Source: Trichodesmium sp. MAG_R03 | Lineage (GTDB): Bacteria; Cyanobacteriota; Cyanobacteriia; Cyanobacteriales; Microcoleaceae | NCBI GenBank assembly: GCA_023356535.1 | Contig: JAKQYF010000002.1 | Span: forward strand, 712-64,711 | Reading direction: 5' to 3' | Length of the DNA: 64,000 nt | In this document: one piece after another, positions 41,259 to 50,830 of the stretch | How the letters are laid out: every line of letters begins with the position of its first letter | How positions within the stretch are numbered: position 1 is the first letter of the stretch | The notes under the pieces: model-generated | What the model was told of the DNA's origin: nothing | Database searches by the model: none | What the model saw: the letters and a program-made list of their open reading frames with translations, nothing else | Program-made: the position numbers and the translations under genes

Positions 41259-43040
41259 CTAAAACATCCCCAAAGGTGACAACTCCTCTGGGTCGATATG
41301 TACGTCTAACACTGTTGGACCTGGATAACTACAAATTTTCTGATAATCTACTTTGTCAAAATCTTCCAGTTCCCGAATACTATAACCATTAGCTCCCATT
41401 GCTTTAGCCATGAGACAAAAATCTACTGCTGGAATGGCAAATTCTAATCCATCTTTAACAACTTGGCGATGTCTTTGTTTAACCATCCCATAAGAGCGAT
41501 CGTTTAAAATGATAAAAATTACTGGCAATTTTTCAGCAACAGCAACCGTAATTTCCTGTCCGTTCATCAAAAAACTACCATCCCCCGTCAAACAAACAAC
41601 AGGAGTATTCCGCCTCCCAAAAGCAGTTCCGACAGAACCACCTATTGCCCAACCCATAGCTGCAAGTTCCACCGAAGAGCGATAATTTTCCGGGTGAGGC
41701 AAAAATAAGTAATGAAAAGACCAAACCATACAGTTACCTGTGTCGATCAGAAATCGGGTTTCAGCCGGAAAACGCTGCATCATTTCGTAAATCAAACGTT
41801 GCGGTTTAATAGGTGTCTCCTGACTATAATAGCTTTCTGGTTTTTGAACTTCTATTTGAGGTGGTTTTTCTTTACTATTCGGCTCCTCCAAAGCTCCCTC
41901 TTTCTGCGATACCTTTCCAACTAATAAGGAACTTTTCATCCTTTTTACTAACTCTTGAAACACCGTCTTAATATTGCCATAGACTTGTAACTGTCCCATA
42001 GATGAGCGACTGAAATAACTGTTGACATGATGAATATGCACCAGTTTCTCATTTAACAGAGCCCGATCCCAAGTTGAAGTCGCCCATTGACCCAAGGTTG
42101 TACCGACTGCTAATATTAAATCCACCGAAGAGTCAGTTAAAGCTTGACGAGCACTTTGATGTCCGGCAAAACCAAAAACTCCTTTATATAGAGGATGATA
42201 GGGGTTTATACAAGATTTCCCCCCCTGGGTTGTGGTAATTTCTGCTCCCATTAACTCAGCGAAAGCTAAGATTTCTGAAGATGCTTCCCCACAGTCTTCC
42301 CCTACTAATAAGACTACTTTACGATTTTGACTAGACAATTTCTCCAACATTTGCCCCAGTTTTTCTATGGCAGCTAAGTCGGCAAAGGCAGGTTTAGTTA
42401 ATAACTGACGGATATGGGGATAACTTATTGTTTCTGGCGCTGGAGAACGGAAAACATCCACTGGTACGCTGAGATGCACTGGTCCAGGGGGAGATTGAAA
42501 GGCACTTTTCAATGCTGCTATCAGTTTGTTTTCCAGTTGTTTGGGGTGGGTGACTACGCTGTTGTAGCGAGTGCATTTATTGAGCATACTGGTAGTATCG
42601 AGTACGTCTGGGGAAGATTCTTGAAATGCACCAACCCCAAATTTAGGTAATATGGTTTGGCCGGTAATTGCCAATATGGGTACATGGTCACTATAAGAGG
42701 ATGCGATACCAGTAATGAGATTGGTTGCGCCAGGTCCAGTGGTGGTACAGCAAACACCAATTTTTCCAGTTTCTCGAGCATAGCCATCTGCCATAAAAGC
42801 AGCACCACTTTCTTGACGGGACAGAATTGCCCTCGGTCCGCCTCTGCATTCGCTACGTTCTAGGGCTTCGTATAGGGGGGCGATATGTCCGCCTGGTATA
42901 CCGAAGACATATTCTACTCCTAGTAGTTCTAAATAATCAATAACTAGATCGCTGAGTTGTCTCGGTTGGCTATTATTCTCTGGAAAATTTGGCAACTTCA
43001 TTATTTTGGTAGTTCCGTAAAATTCTTTAGTATTAAGCAC
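41259..43040 (-). CDS. Thiamine-diphosphate enzyme (ALS/decarboxylase-like)
   Basis: VFGIPGG, RQESGAAFMADG, GDGSFLMNGQE...ILNDRSYG; alternative ATG at 43001. Confidence 0.88.
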   Translation of the reverse strand: MLNTKEFYGTTKIMKLPNFPENNSQPRQLSDLVIDYLELLGVEYVFGIPGGHIAPLYEALERSECRGGPRAILSRQESGAAFMADGYARETGKIGVCCTTTGPGATNLITGIASSYSDHVPILAITGQTILPKFGVGAFQESSPDVLDTTSMLNKCTRYNSVVTHPKQLENKLIAALKSAFQSPPGPVHLSVPVDVFRSPAPETISYPHIRQLLTKPAFADLAAIEKLGQMLEKLSSQNRKVVLLVGEDCGEASSEILAFAELMGAEITTTQGGKSCINPYHPLYKGVFGFAGHQSARQALTDSSVDLILAVGTTLGQWATSTWDRALLNEKLVHIHHVNSYFSRSSMGQLQVYGNIKTVFQELVKRMKSSLLVGKVSQKEGALEEPNSKEKPPQIEVQKPESYYSQETPIKPQRLIYEMMQRFPAETRFLIDTGNCMVWSFHYLFLPHPENYRSSVELAAMGWAIGGSVGTAFGRRNTPVVCLTGDGSFLMNGQEITVAVAEKLPVIFIILNDRSYGMVKQRHRQVVKDGLEFAIPAVDFCLMAKAMGANGYSIRELEDFDKVDYQKICSYPGPTVLDVHIDPEELSPLGMF

Positions 43041-43067
43041 AAACTAGATATATACTTACTATGGCAT

Positions 43068-43430
43068 CTAGGTAGCATTTACCTTCTGAACCATAGATAT
43101 AAACTTCTTTGAGTTCCGAAAAAAAATTCTGCAATTTGATTTCGTTTGTGTACAAACTACTAAATTAAGAGACTGTTTTACTTGTTTTAGAGTTAACTCT
43201 AATTTGCTAACCAGCTCGTCGCATTCACTTTCAGTAATGATAAATGGCGGAGAAATTAAAATATGATCTCCATCAAGTCCGGTTCCAGTGCCGAACCTAC
43301 CCCTAAGAATCAGTCCATTTTCTAAACCTGTTTTCATAATAGTTTCGGTTATGTGCAGGGAACGAGGAAAGGGTTTATGTGTGTCTTGGTTTTGCACGAA
43401 CTCAAGTCCCACTAATAATCCTTATTCTAA
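43068..43430 (-). pseudogene. C-terminal remnant of a second class III aminotransferase
   Basis: GLLVGLEFVQNQDTHKPFP...GDHILISPPFIITESECDE matches the C-terminus of 38967-40352; the rest is absent. Confidence 0.8.
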
Positions 43431-43713
43431 TTCTAATATTTTAACTTACTAAACAATATTAAGAAACAACTTTTTTGGAAATCGGTACCTCTTAATTCGT
43501 TTCCTTAGCAGTTTTGGTGCATCAATCTTTTTTCCATTACATAGCCTGACTAATCGGTGTTTTTGTCCCAATGTTGGACATATACGGTACTTAAATCTTG
43601 CCTTCATAGAATGACTTTTGAAGTTAAAAAATATAATAACATAACCTGTAGGACAAAATCAACTAAAAAGTCCCCCGCTTATGGGCGAGGCTTTAAACCC
43701 AATTTTTCGGTAA
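43430..43713 (-). mobile_element. tnpB: IS200/IS605 remnant: left end, promoter and internally deleted tnpB 5' part
   Basis: TTAC plus left-end hairpin at 43657-43713; ATG 43607 MKARFKYRICPTLGQKHRLVRLC joined to NGKKIDAPKLLRKRIKR. Confidence 0.75.
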
Positions 43714-43732
43714 TGTTAGTTTGGTGGGGCAT

Positions 43733-43823
43733 TTAAGACAAAGCAAAATAGGAAACTATACGCCACCTGTAGGGGAAAATGACATTCGCCCTTACTAGAT
43801 GTAGTGTCTCTGGGTAAGTCCTG
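43733..43823. mobile_element. Family-A MITE (degenerate left end)
   Basis: ...GGGTAAGTCCTG with a REP-like GTAGGGG...TTCGCCCTTAC hairpin. Confidence 0.55.
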
Positions 43824-43863
43824 ACTTTGTTTATACCTATACTACCGGGTTTAATATTACCTG

Positions 43864-44005
43864 TATAGCAACGTGCGCTGGTATGTTTTTATAATACAAA
43901 TTACTACTAATGTGATACGGGTGAAAGTATTGGTAATAGAAGTAAAAAAATGTACTACATTTAAGACTATAGTAATATGTAAATATGTGAGCGCTCATGG
44001 CTATA
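43864..44005. mobile_element. Inverted copy of the 2778-2906 MITE
   Basis: Direct sequence comparison. Confidence 0.7.
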
Positions 44006-44128
44006 TATTCTTTTCAATAATAAGTTCTACCTACTCCCAAGTAGGTAGAACTTACTAGCATGGAACATTATTTCAGCTTTGCTAAAGCAAAATTAATCTC
44101 TTTTTATCCTATTGCCACTAGGCACAGT

Positions 44129-45892
44129 CTAGACATTATATTCCATTTTTGCTGGTCTAACCCACCATAGCTCATCTGGTGATAAGCTGTTGATGATACT
44201 TTCGATACGTCTGTTCCTGCAAACTCTTTTCTTTTTCTTTTCGAGCCTTTGCTCAACTTTATTGATTTGGTACTGTAACTGACTTTGTTCCCAGGCTTCA
44301 TCCTCAGTAGGCCAGTGATATGCGGGCATGAAACCAGTCTCTTCCATCTCATCAGAGACAAACCATAAAAACAGTGGTAAGGTTCGCATCTCCATAATCA
44401 CTTTTTCCAGGTCAGCATGAAGTTTGATTTGGATTTCTTCATTCTCTTTTACACCAGCGATGTTACTCATCTCGTGAGGATCTTTAGTCAGATCGTATAG
44501 TTCATACTCGAACTTCTTACCATCCGGAGAGAAGTAAACTGAATATTTCCACTCCTGGGAACGAATTGTACGGATGAGCTGAGGTGTGTCGCTTAAATCA
44601 TCTGGTAGGCGACCGTCATCATTAGCAAAGTGTACATATTTCCGGTTTGTAGTAGCTGCGGGATTTGTGAGAATAGGAGTTAAGTCTTCACCTCTGAAAG
44701 CAAAAGAGTAAACATCATAAACTCCAGCAATCTTGGCTAAAGTTGGTAGAAGATCGATTGCACTTGCAAGGGTGTCGGTTTCTTTAGCTTGAGGAAATAG
44801 TTTGGGGTTAGAGAAAACTAGAGGAACATTAATTGTTTCTTCATAAGCATTGTAAGGCTTTTCTCGTAATCCACCATGAGAAAGACATAGCTCGCCATGA
44901 TCGGCAGTACGGATAATTAGGGTATCTTCAGTTAAACCCTTGGCATCAAGAGCATCCAAGACTTTACCCATTTCCTTATCCACAAGAGTTTTGAGGTAAC
45001 CATAGAAACCTACATAGTTCTTCTGAATTTTTGTATCGTTGGTAATATCTCTTCTGTCACCACGTTTCTGCATATTAAGCAAAATCGTTTGGACATCAGG
45101 CTTAAATGCTAAATCCTCAGTGATGCTTTCTGGTAATGGCAAATCGTAGATATCCCCATCTGACTCTTTATATCCTGTAGAATGGTCATCATCACTATCA
45201 TCATAATTAGGAGCAACCCATACATCATGAGGATTAACCAAGGATATAATCAGACAAAATGGCTTTTCTCCTTTATAGTTCTCAATAAATTCAATGGCAC
45301 TTTCCGCTGGAGGAGCTGGTAGACAATTGTCACTAAATGTGCTTCCATCTACAAAGCGTGCGTCGTTGTTGTAAATTGTGCCTCCTCCCAAAGTCCGGGG
45401 ATCGGCCTTAGAATCACCAGCATCACTTGGATTCCATTCTGCAAAACCATAAGCTGCCTTCATGTACTCAATATCTTTGGATGTCCATTTGGCGGTGCCG
45501 CTAGCTGGATGGCTTAAGTGCCATTTGCCTTTCCAAACAACGTGGTAACCTGCTGTAGTGAGTACATGGCCTATGCTCACCTGAGTTGGCTTCAGGGCAT
45601 TTGCCGTATACCCGACAGATTCTTGGCCTGCGGTTTTGTCTTTTGGCATTCCCAACGTCTTGGCAACACCGTTTTCTGTTGGGTAAGTGCCTGTCAGAAG
45701 TGCTGCTCGTGATGGCGAACAAGCACAGGTAGCAATAGTGTTATTCTTGAAAGATAACCCATTTTCTTTCAGCCGTATGCTTGCAGGTAAGTGTTGCTTC
45801 TCAAAATCAGGTAGCCAGTCCTGTGCTGCACTATCCTGGTCATTCAAAAGGATTACAATGTTAGGTTTCTCTGGTAGATTTCCAATACTCAT
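44129..45892 (-). CDS. Cys-type (formylglycine-dependent) sulfatase
   Basis: KPNIVILLNDQ, CSPSRAALLTG, GKWHL, NPHD, TADHG. Confidence 0.92.
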   Translation of the reverse strand: MSIGNLPEKPNIVILLNDQDSAAQDWLPDFEKQHLPASIRLKENGLSFKNNTIATCACSPSRAALLTGTYPTENGVAKTLGMPKDKTAGQESVGYTANALKPTQVSIGHVLTTAGYHVVWKGKWHLSHPASGTAKWTSKDIEYMKAAYGFAEWNPSDAGDSKADPRTLGGGTIYNNDARFVDGSTFSDNCLPAPPAESAIEFIENYKGEKPFCLIISLVNPHDVWVAPNYDDSDDDHSTGYKESDGDIYDLPLPESITEDLAFKPDVQTILLNMQKRGDRRDITNDTKIQKNYVGFYGYLKTLVDKEMGKVLDALDAKGLTEDTLIIRTADHGELCLSHGGLREKPYNAYEETINVPLVFSNPKLFPQAKETDTLASAIDLLPTLAKIAGVYDVYSFAFRGEDLTPILTNPAATTNRKYVHFANDDGRLPDDLSDTPQLIRTIRSQEWKYSVYFSPDGKKFEYELYDLTKDPHEMSNIAGVKENEEIQIKLHADLEKVIMEMRTLPLFLWFVSDEMEETGFMPAYHWPTEDEAWEQSQLQYQINKVEQRLEKKKKRVCRNRRIESIINSLSPDELWWVRPAKMEYNV

Positions 45893-45917
45893 AGAATTCT
45901 CTAATGTGTTTATTGCA

Positions 45918-46015
45918 TAGGAATTACGCAGTGCCGCTATATATGGCGGGCGTATAAATTTGTATTTTTCAAGATATTGCCACTACTATTTATAAGTGCC
46001 CTTGCGTAAGTCCTG
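45918..46015. mobile_element. Family-A MITE
   Basis: TAGGAATTACGCA ... GCGTAAGTCCTG. Confidence 0.7.
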
Positions 46016-46448
46016 TTGAATTTAGGGTGAAAATAACAAATAGTAAACGCTATTTGACATCGCTATTTGACATAACATAGCCTATTCCATATAAATATGG
46101 TACAACAATTCTAGTAGATTAGCGAAAGTAAGGATCAAAACTTAACTGGTAGTGGTGTATAAGTAATGATTTTTGCAGTTAGACTGCTGATAGTGTAAAG
46201 AGGTTTACTGATAAACAAATATCATCACTTATAACAGGAGCGCCAAAAAGCAAAGAAACTTAGTTCGCAAATTACCGATACCGAATGTGTTTTCAACCTA
46301 AACTTTCATTTATCATATCACAGTTACAAAATAGTTGTCAAGTAGTTGTTGTAATTTGCCTTAACATTACGATCGCCTCAGTGCCTGGGTCTTATAGACG
46401 AGGTTTCCAGTGGGAGATTTGAGATTCTTCTTTTTTCATTTCATCCTA

Positions 46449-47048
46449 CTAAACAAGATTAAGAAATGACTTTTCTGGAAACTTTTCCGTAATCATCATT
46501 ACAGGTTTACGGTTGCTAAAAACGCGATAGGTTCTAAACAGCATCTTGTCTTCTTTCTCTACTAGAAAATAATTCGCCAATTTACCTATAGGTTCTTTAC
46601 CAGAGCCAACTATTTCTTTAAAAGTTTCAACTTTATATTGCAGCCAAAGTTTACCGATGGGAGTCTCAGACTTTAGTAAAGCATCTTGAAACTTTTGATC
46701 AAGTCTTTCTGGCACAATAATTGATTCTGCATAAAGATAATTTTTACGACTTATTTTTCCTTGTAATAATATTTTTCTATCTATTACTTTAGCTCCTTTA
46801 GGTAAATTTAATACCGGAATTTCTTTGACTGTGGAAACCAACTCTTCTGATAATTTGATTACATTAATATTTTCCAAGCTGAAAGCTTCTAACATTTCGG
46901 TGACGGTTCCATCTGTTGTCAACAAAATCCTTTGGAAAGTGCTGAGATTTGATTGTTCTATATGACTCCTTTTCAAGGAGTCATCTAAATCTGCTCTCAT
47001 TAAGTCATAATTAGATTCTACTTTTATTTCTCCATTTTTTGTCTGCAT
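46449..47048 (-). CDS. Chorismate pyruvate-lyase family (Rv2949c/DUF98 type, 4-hydroxybenzoate synthase-like)
   Basis: RILLTTDGTVTEMLEA, LYAESII, PIGKLW, MMITEKFP. Confidence 0.8.
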   Translation of the reverse strand: MQTKNGEIKVESNYDLMRADLDDSLKRSHIEQSNLSTFQRILLTTDGTVTEMLEAFSLENINVIKLSEELVSTVKEIPVLNLPKGAKVIDRKILLQGKISRKNYLYAESIIVPERLDQKFQDALLKSETPIGKLWLQYKVETFKEIVGSGKEPIGKLANYFLVEKEDKMLFRTYRVFSNRKPVMMITEKFPEKSFLNLV

Positions 47049-47082
47049 TTTTCATTACCACCTTAGTTTTACTTGTTCAATT

Positions 47083-47751
47083 TCAATCTTTATAGCCATC
47101 AAAAGTATAGCTAAATAAATCAATATCTGCTTGAAAATTTTCAGTTACTATTTTTTTAGTTTTTTCGTTATAAAGCGATTTGTAATCTCTATTCCCAGAG
47201 CTATTTACATGAGGCAAGCTAGGATTTATATTGAGAATTTTACAGACAGACTGAAAATCTTTAGCTAAATTTTCATATCTGCCGACAAAATCAACAATCA
47301 ATTTCCCATCGCGGTCAGTAATAATATCCTTTTGTAATTTTGTTGCTCCTTTAGGAAAGGGATTTTTAGTTTTAATTACCCATTCTAAATATTCCTCAAA
47401 TCCTGACATTGACTTAACTAATTCATATCTGATATGAGTTGGTTCTTTGAGAATAAAATGATAATAGGAAACTTGCCAATCCCAGGGATTTCTGACAAAA
47501 GCAAACTTATAAAAGTTGTTATAAACCTCCTCTGGCAACTCTTTTTTTGCATCTCTAGCTTTAGCGTGCCAAACAGTAGATTCCCACATTTCATACATGG
47601 GGTTAGGTTTATCTCCTAAAATTTTGGGAGGGCGAGCTATTTTGAATTTTTCTAGTTCTGTGGCATATTCTTTTAGAGCTGCTTTAATACTGGAGCCTGC
47701 TGCTTTGGTAACGTGAAAGAAAATAAATCTATGACTGTAGGATATTAGCAT
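47083..47751 (-). CDS. Sulfotransferase family 2 protein
   Basis: MLISYSHRFIFFHVTKAAGSS, KFAFVRNPWDWQVSYY, VDFVGRYENL, LPHVN; ATG 47751. Confidence 0.85.
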   Translation of the reverse strand: MLISYSHRFIFFHVTKAAGSSIKAALKEYATELEKFKIARPPKILGDKPNPMYEMWESTVWHAKARDAKKELPEEVYNNFYKFAFVRNPWDWQVSYYHFILKEPTHIRYELVKSMSGFEEYLEWVIKTKNPFPKGATKLQKDIITDRDGKLIVDFVGRYENLAKDFQSVCKILNINPSLPHVNSSGNRDYKSLYNEKTKKIVTENFQADIDLFSYTFDGYKD

Positions 47752-47769
47752 CAATTTCTTTGAGAAAGG

Positions 47770-48028
47770 AAGAAGGAACAAGATAGAAAAAGTTATCCAA
47801 ATGGTTGTCATAATCACGGACAAACTTAAAAACTATATGCTCTGTTGTTCCTAACTTTTGAAATTTGTTAGGTTTATCCTGGTCTTTAACTTCCCATATA
47901 TCTTGTGGTAAATTCAGAATATCTTCCCTAATCGAAGAAATATCGACGGGCCCTAATTCTCTCATGGTTTTGGTTTTGTTTGAAATCGCTTTATCTGTTT
48001 GGTCTTTAGGTAATATTGTTGAAGTCAT
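47770..48028 (-). pseudogene. Aspartyl/asparaginyl beta-hydroxylase-like N-terminal remnant
   Basis: RELGPVDISSIREDILNLPQDIW...TEHIVFKF then runs into the 5' UTR of the next gene; no Fe/2OG catalytic part. Confidence 0.55.
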
Positions 48029-49172
48029 TTAATTTAGTCTCTATAAGATTTGCGGTCGGTTCAACTATTGGTAATATTTCGAGAATTTCTCTCTCATTTT
48101 TTCGCCATTTATTGGGAGATGGTGATGATATAGTTTCTGCAGAATTTGGCAGAGATTGAGATAACTTTTCTTCAATTTTTCCATCCCAAGAAAGTCCGAC
48201 AAATTCCCTAATTTCTCCTATAACTTTCTTCGGTTCTTTTATCAAATCTTCATATCTTAATAGACACCAACAAGATGAAGGAAGAGATTGCAAGTTATCC
48301 CAAATACAAGAGTTAGCCATTTTCCACTGATAGGCAGCAATTTCGGCAATGGAACAGTTTTGCAGAGACTGCCATCCAGGAATTAGCAGAAAACTCCAGT
48401 TTTTTTCCTGCCAACCCGGTAGTTTCGGGTAGGAAATAAAACGTTTTGCTTTCCACCCTTCTATCATGCTACTGATATTACCTTTCGGTTCCCGATAGAG
48501 AAAGATAAATAAGGCATCGGGAAAGACTGCTTGGAGAAAAGGAACCCGCAGGACATTTTTTGGAGTTTTCTCCAAAAAGCGAATCTTCTGGGGGCGCTCC
48601 TTAACTGGTAAATTAATATATGCAGTTTTGGAGCGATCGCGCAGTTGCCTTACAAACCCATCTCTTAAGGCTAGACTAACATGGGGCAGAGCATCTGCTG
48701 CTGTTAGACGGTTGGAAATATAATTCCTGAAAGCTGGATGCAGTTCGGGAATGCCCTCCATAATATCGTGACTCTCCCTGCCAATAGTCCAAATATCAGG
48801 AAACTGAGAGAGTGTCTCAAATAAAAGTGTGCTACCTGCCCTTGGTGCCGAGATGATAAATATGGGTCTGTCAAATTCTGGCAACTGGAAATCTTCTTTG
48901 AGCAGTCTCAGGGCAATACCCTTTTTTAAGGTATTGGCAAAGTCCTCAGAATTTTGTAATTCTGGAGGAAGACGATGCCATACTTCCTCTGGAGTTAAGG
49001 AGGTTCTAAAAAATTCCAATACCTGTGAATTTTTGGGGAAGTTACTCTGGGAATTATCCACTAATTTATAGGAAGCATCCCACTGGAGTTTTGGTTTAAC
49101 TCCTAGGATGAGCTTCCCCACTAATTGACGGTCAAGGATTCTTGGATTTGAGGACGCGCAGCGCTCAGGCAT
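48006..49172 (-). CDS. Sulfotransferase with ~95-aa N-terminal extension
   Basis: RPIFIISAPRAGSTLL, FLEKTPKN, LYREPKGNISSM, RYEDL. Confidence 0.87.
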   Translation of the reverse strand: MPERCASSNPRILDRQLVGKLILGVKPKLQWDASYKLVDNSQSNFPKNSQVLEFFRTSLTPEEVWHRLPPELQNSEDFANTLKKGIALRLLKEDFQLPEFDRPIFIISAPRAGSTLLFETLSQFPDIWTIGRESHDIMEGIPELHPAFRNYISNRLTAADALPHVSLALRDGFVRQLRDRSKTAYINLPVKERPQKIRFLEKTPKNVLRVPFLQAVFPDALFIFLYREPKGNISSMIEGWKAKRFISYPKLPGWQEKNWSFLLIPGWQSLQNCSIAEIAAYQWKMANSCIWDNLQSLPSSCWCLLRYEDLIKEPKKVIGEIREFVGLSWDGKIEEKLSQSLPNSAETISSPSPNKWRKNEREILEILPIVEPTANLIETKLNDFNNIT

Positions 49173-50454
49173 AACTTTTTTTAAGATAATCTGATAAAGT
49201 TACTCCCACAAAGTCTCCATAAAGTATTCCTTTGGATGTCAACTCTATAGCACTGTCAGATACGGAGATAAAACCATCTAATTCCAAGTCTGTCAAGACG
49301 GAAGCACAGAGAGTTTTTAAATTGAAGCCATAATGCTTTTTGAGTCGATCCAAATCCAATCGTAGCAGCTTCATTCCCAATAAAACATCCCGAACCATCA
49401 TATCCAAACTGGTTAAATTGTAGCCTCTAGCTAGGGGGAGTTGCCCAGAGTCTACAATTTCTGCGTATTTTTCTAGGTCTGATGTATTCTGCAATATGGA
49501 ATCTCCCATAGTTCCAAAGGCAGATACACCTAAACCATAGAAATCCATACCTTGCCAAATATTGTAGATGTATTCGCTCTTGTCACAGCCATCCTTAGTA
49601 TAGGTGAAATGACTCCATGGTAGGTAGTTGGCACGGCCAAACCTTTCCATAGCGTATTCCATGAATTTCAGTTCTTGATCTTCTGAGGGTAATTGAACGA
49701 CATCTTCTCGGACACCTGTTTGGTAAACTTCGGTGTTGGCAAAGGCTTCCATTTTATAAACCGTAATACTCTCTACCCCAGTTTCTATTGCTCGCTCAAC
49801 GCTTTGATGCCAAGTTTCATCTGTTTCCCCGGCCAAACCACTAAGCAGATCAATATTGATATTCCATTTACCTTCTCCAGCTTTTTGGGCTAGGTTTATA
49901 GCTCTGTAAGCTTGTTTTTCGTCGTGTCCTCGCCCGCTCAGTTTGATAATTGCATCCACAAAAGATTGCATCCCCATACTGAGACGGTTTACGCCTAAAT
50001 TGGCCATGGTTTCCAATTTAGACTTAGAAATAGTCAGGGGTTCTGCTTCAAAGGAAAATTGCTTTTTATTCTCAAAAAACTTGAAATTTTTGCCGAGTGC
50101 TTCGACTATTTTTACTAACTGAGGTTCTTTAAGGAGACTGGGAGTTCCACCACCAAAATAAACTGCATGGATCGGTCTGTTAGCTAAGTCAAAACTATCA
50201 CTTACCATCTCAATTTCTTTACAGAGGGTTGCTACATATCCTTCAACCTCCGGTCTTTCTTTTAGATCAACGGTTTTGTAATAGCAAAAGGAACATCTTT
50301 GGGTACAAAAAGGAATGTGAATATAAAGACAGAGTGGTTTAGCTTCTAATGTTTCCTTAACTGCTGCCCTTTTCCATTGTTTAAATGGAGGATAGTTAGG
50401 AACCAAAGGTAGTCTTTTCGATTCTAGCTTACTTAGTTCAGTACTTATAGTCAT
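49165..50454 (-). CDS. HemN-like (class C) radical SAM enzyme
   Basis: NYPP, YIHIPFCTQRCSFC, YFGGGTPS, RLSMGMQSF, NIDLLSGL, C-terminal LTSKG. Confidence 0.9.
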   Translation of the reverse strand: MTISTELSKLESKRLPLVPNYPPFKQWKRAAVKETLEAKPLCLYIHIPFCTQRCSFCYYKTVDLKERPEVEGYVATLCKEIEMVSDSFDLANRPIHAVYFGGGTPSLLKEPQLVKIVEALGKNFKFFENKKQFSFEAEPLTISKSKLETMANLGVNRLSMGMQSFVDAIIKLSGRGHDEKQAYRAINLAQKAGEGKWNINIDLLSGLAGETDETWHQSVERAIETGVESITVYKMEAFANTEVYQTGVREDVVQLPSEDQELKFMEYAMERFGRANYLPWSHFTYTKDGCDKSEYIYNIWQGMDFYGLGVSAFGTMGDSILQNTSDLEKYAEIVDSGQLPLARGYNLTSLDMMVRDVLLGMKLLRLDLDRLKKHYGFNLKTLCASVLTDLELDGFISVSDSAIELTSKGILYGDFVGVTLSDYLKKSYA

Positions 50455-50524
50455 AATCTCTCTATGTGTTAATTATACCAATCGAAATTTATTCAGTTCT
50501 GAAAAATTAGCCCGGTGTTTCTAT

Positions 50525-50797
50525 TCAGGGAGTTTCCTTTTTACTTATAATACAATCTGCTAAGACTTTTAGGTTAGTGAAATTTTCTGGATTAAGTTCT
50601 GAGTCAGAAAATTCTATCTCAAACCCTGCCTCTATCAAAGATATCAGTTCTACGATAGTAATGGAGTCAAGACCCAAGCTTTTCTGCTCACCACTCTCAA
50701 GCAGTGGAGTATTCTCGTCTATATCTTCGAGGCTTAGGTTAACATCTAATTCCTCAGCAATAATTTTTTTGAGTTTCTTAATTGTAATCTCAGACAT
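50525..50797 (-). CDS. Stand-alone acyl/aryl carrier protein
   Basis: LGLDSITIVELI (Ppant Ser), IEAGFEIEF. Confidence 0.9.
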   Translation of the reverse strand: MSEITIKKLKKIIAEELDVNLSLEDIDENTPLLESGEQKSLGLDSITIVELISLIEAGFEIEFSDSELNPENFTNLKVLADCIISKKETP

Positions 50798-50830
50798 GAT
50801 TTATTCTAATTGATTTAGTTTTAGATATCA

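Noticed and set aside
41259..43040. Phosphonate biosynthesis (phosphonopyruvate decarboxylase + aminotransferase)
   Set aside because: No PEP mutase in the window, and the TPP enzyme has three-domain ALS-like length rather than Ppd-like
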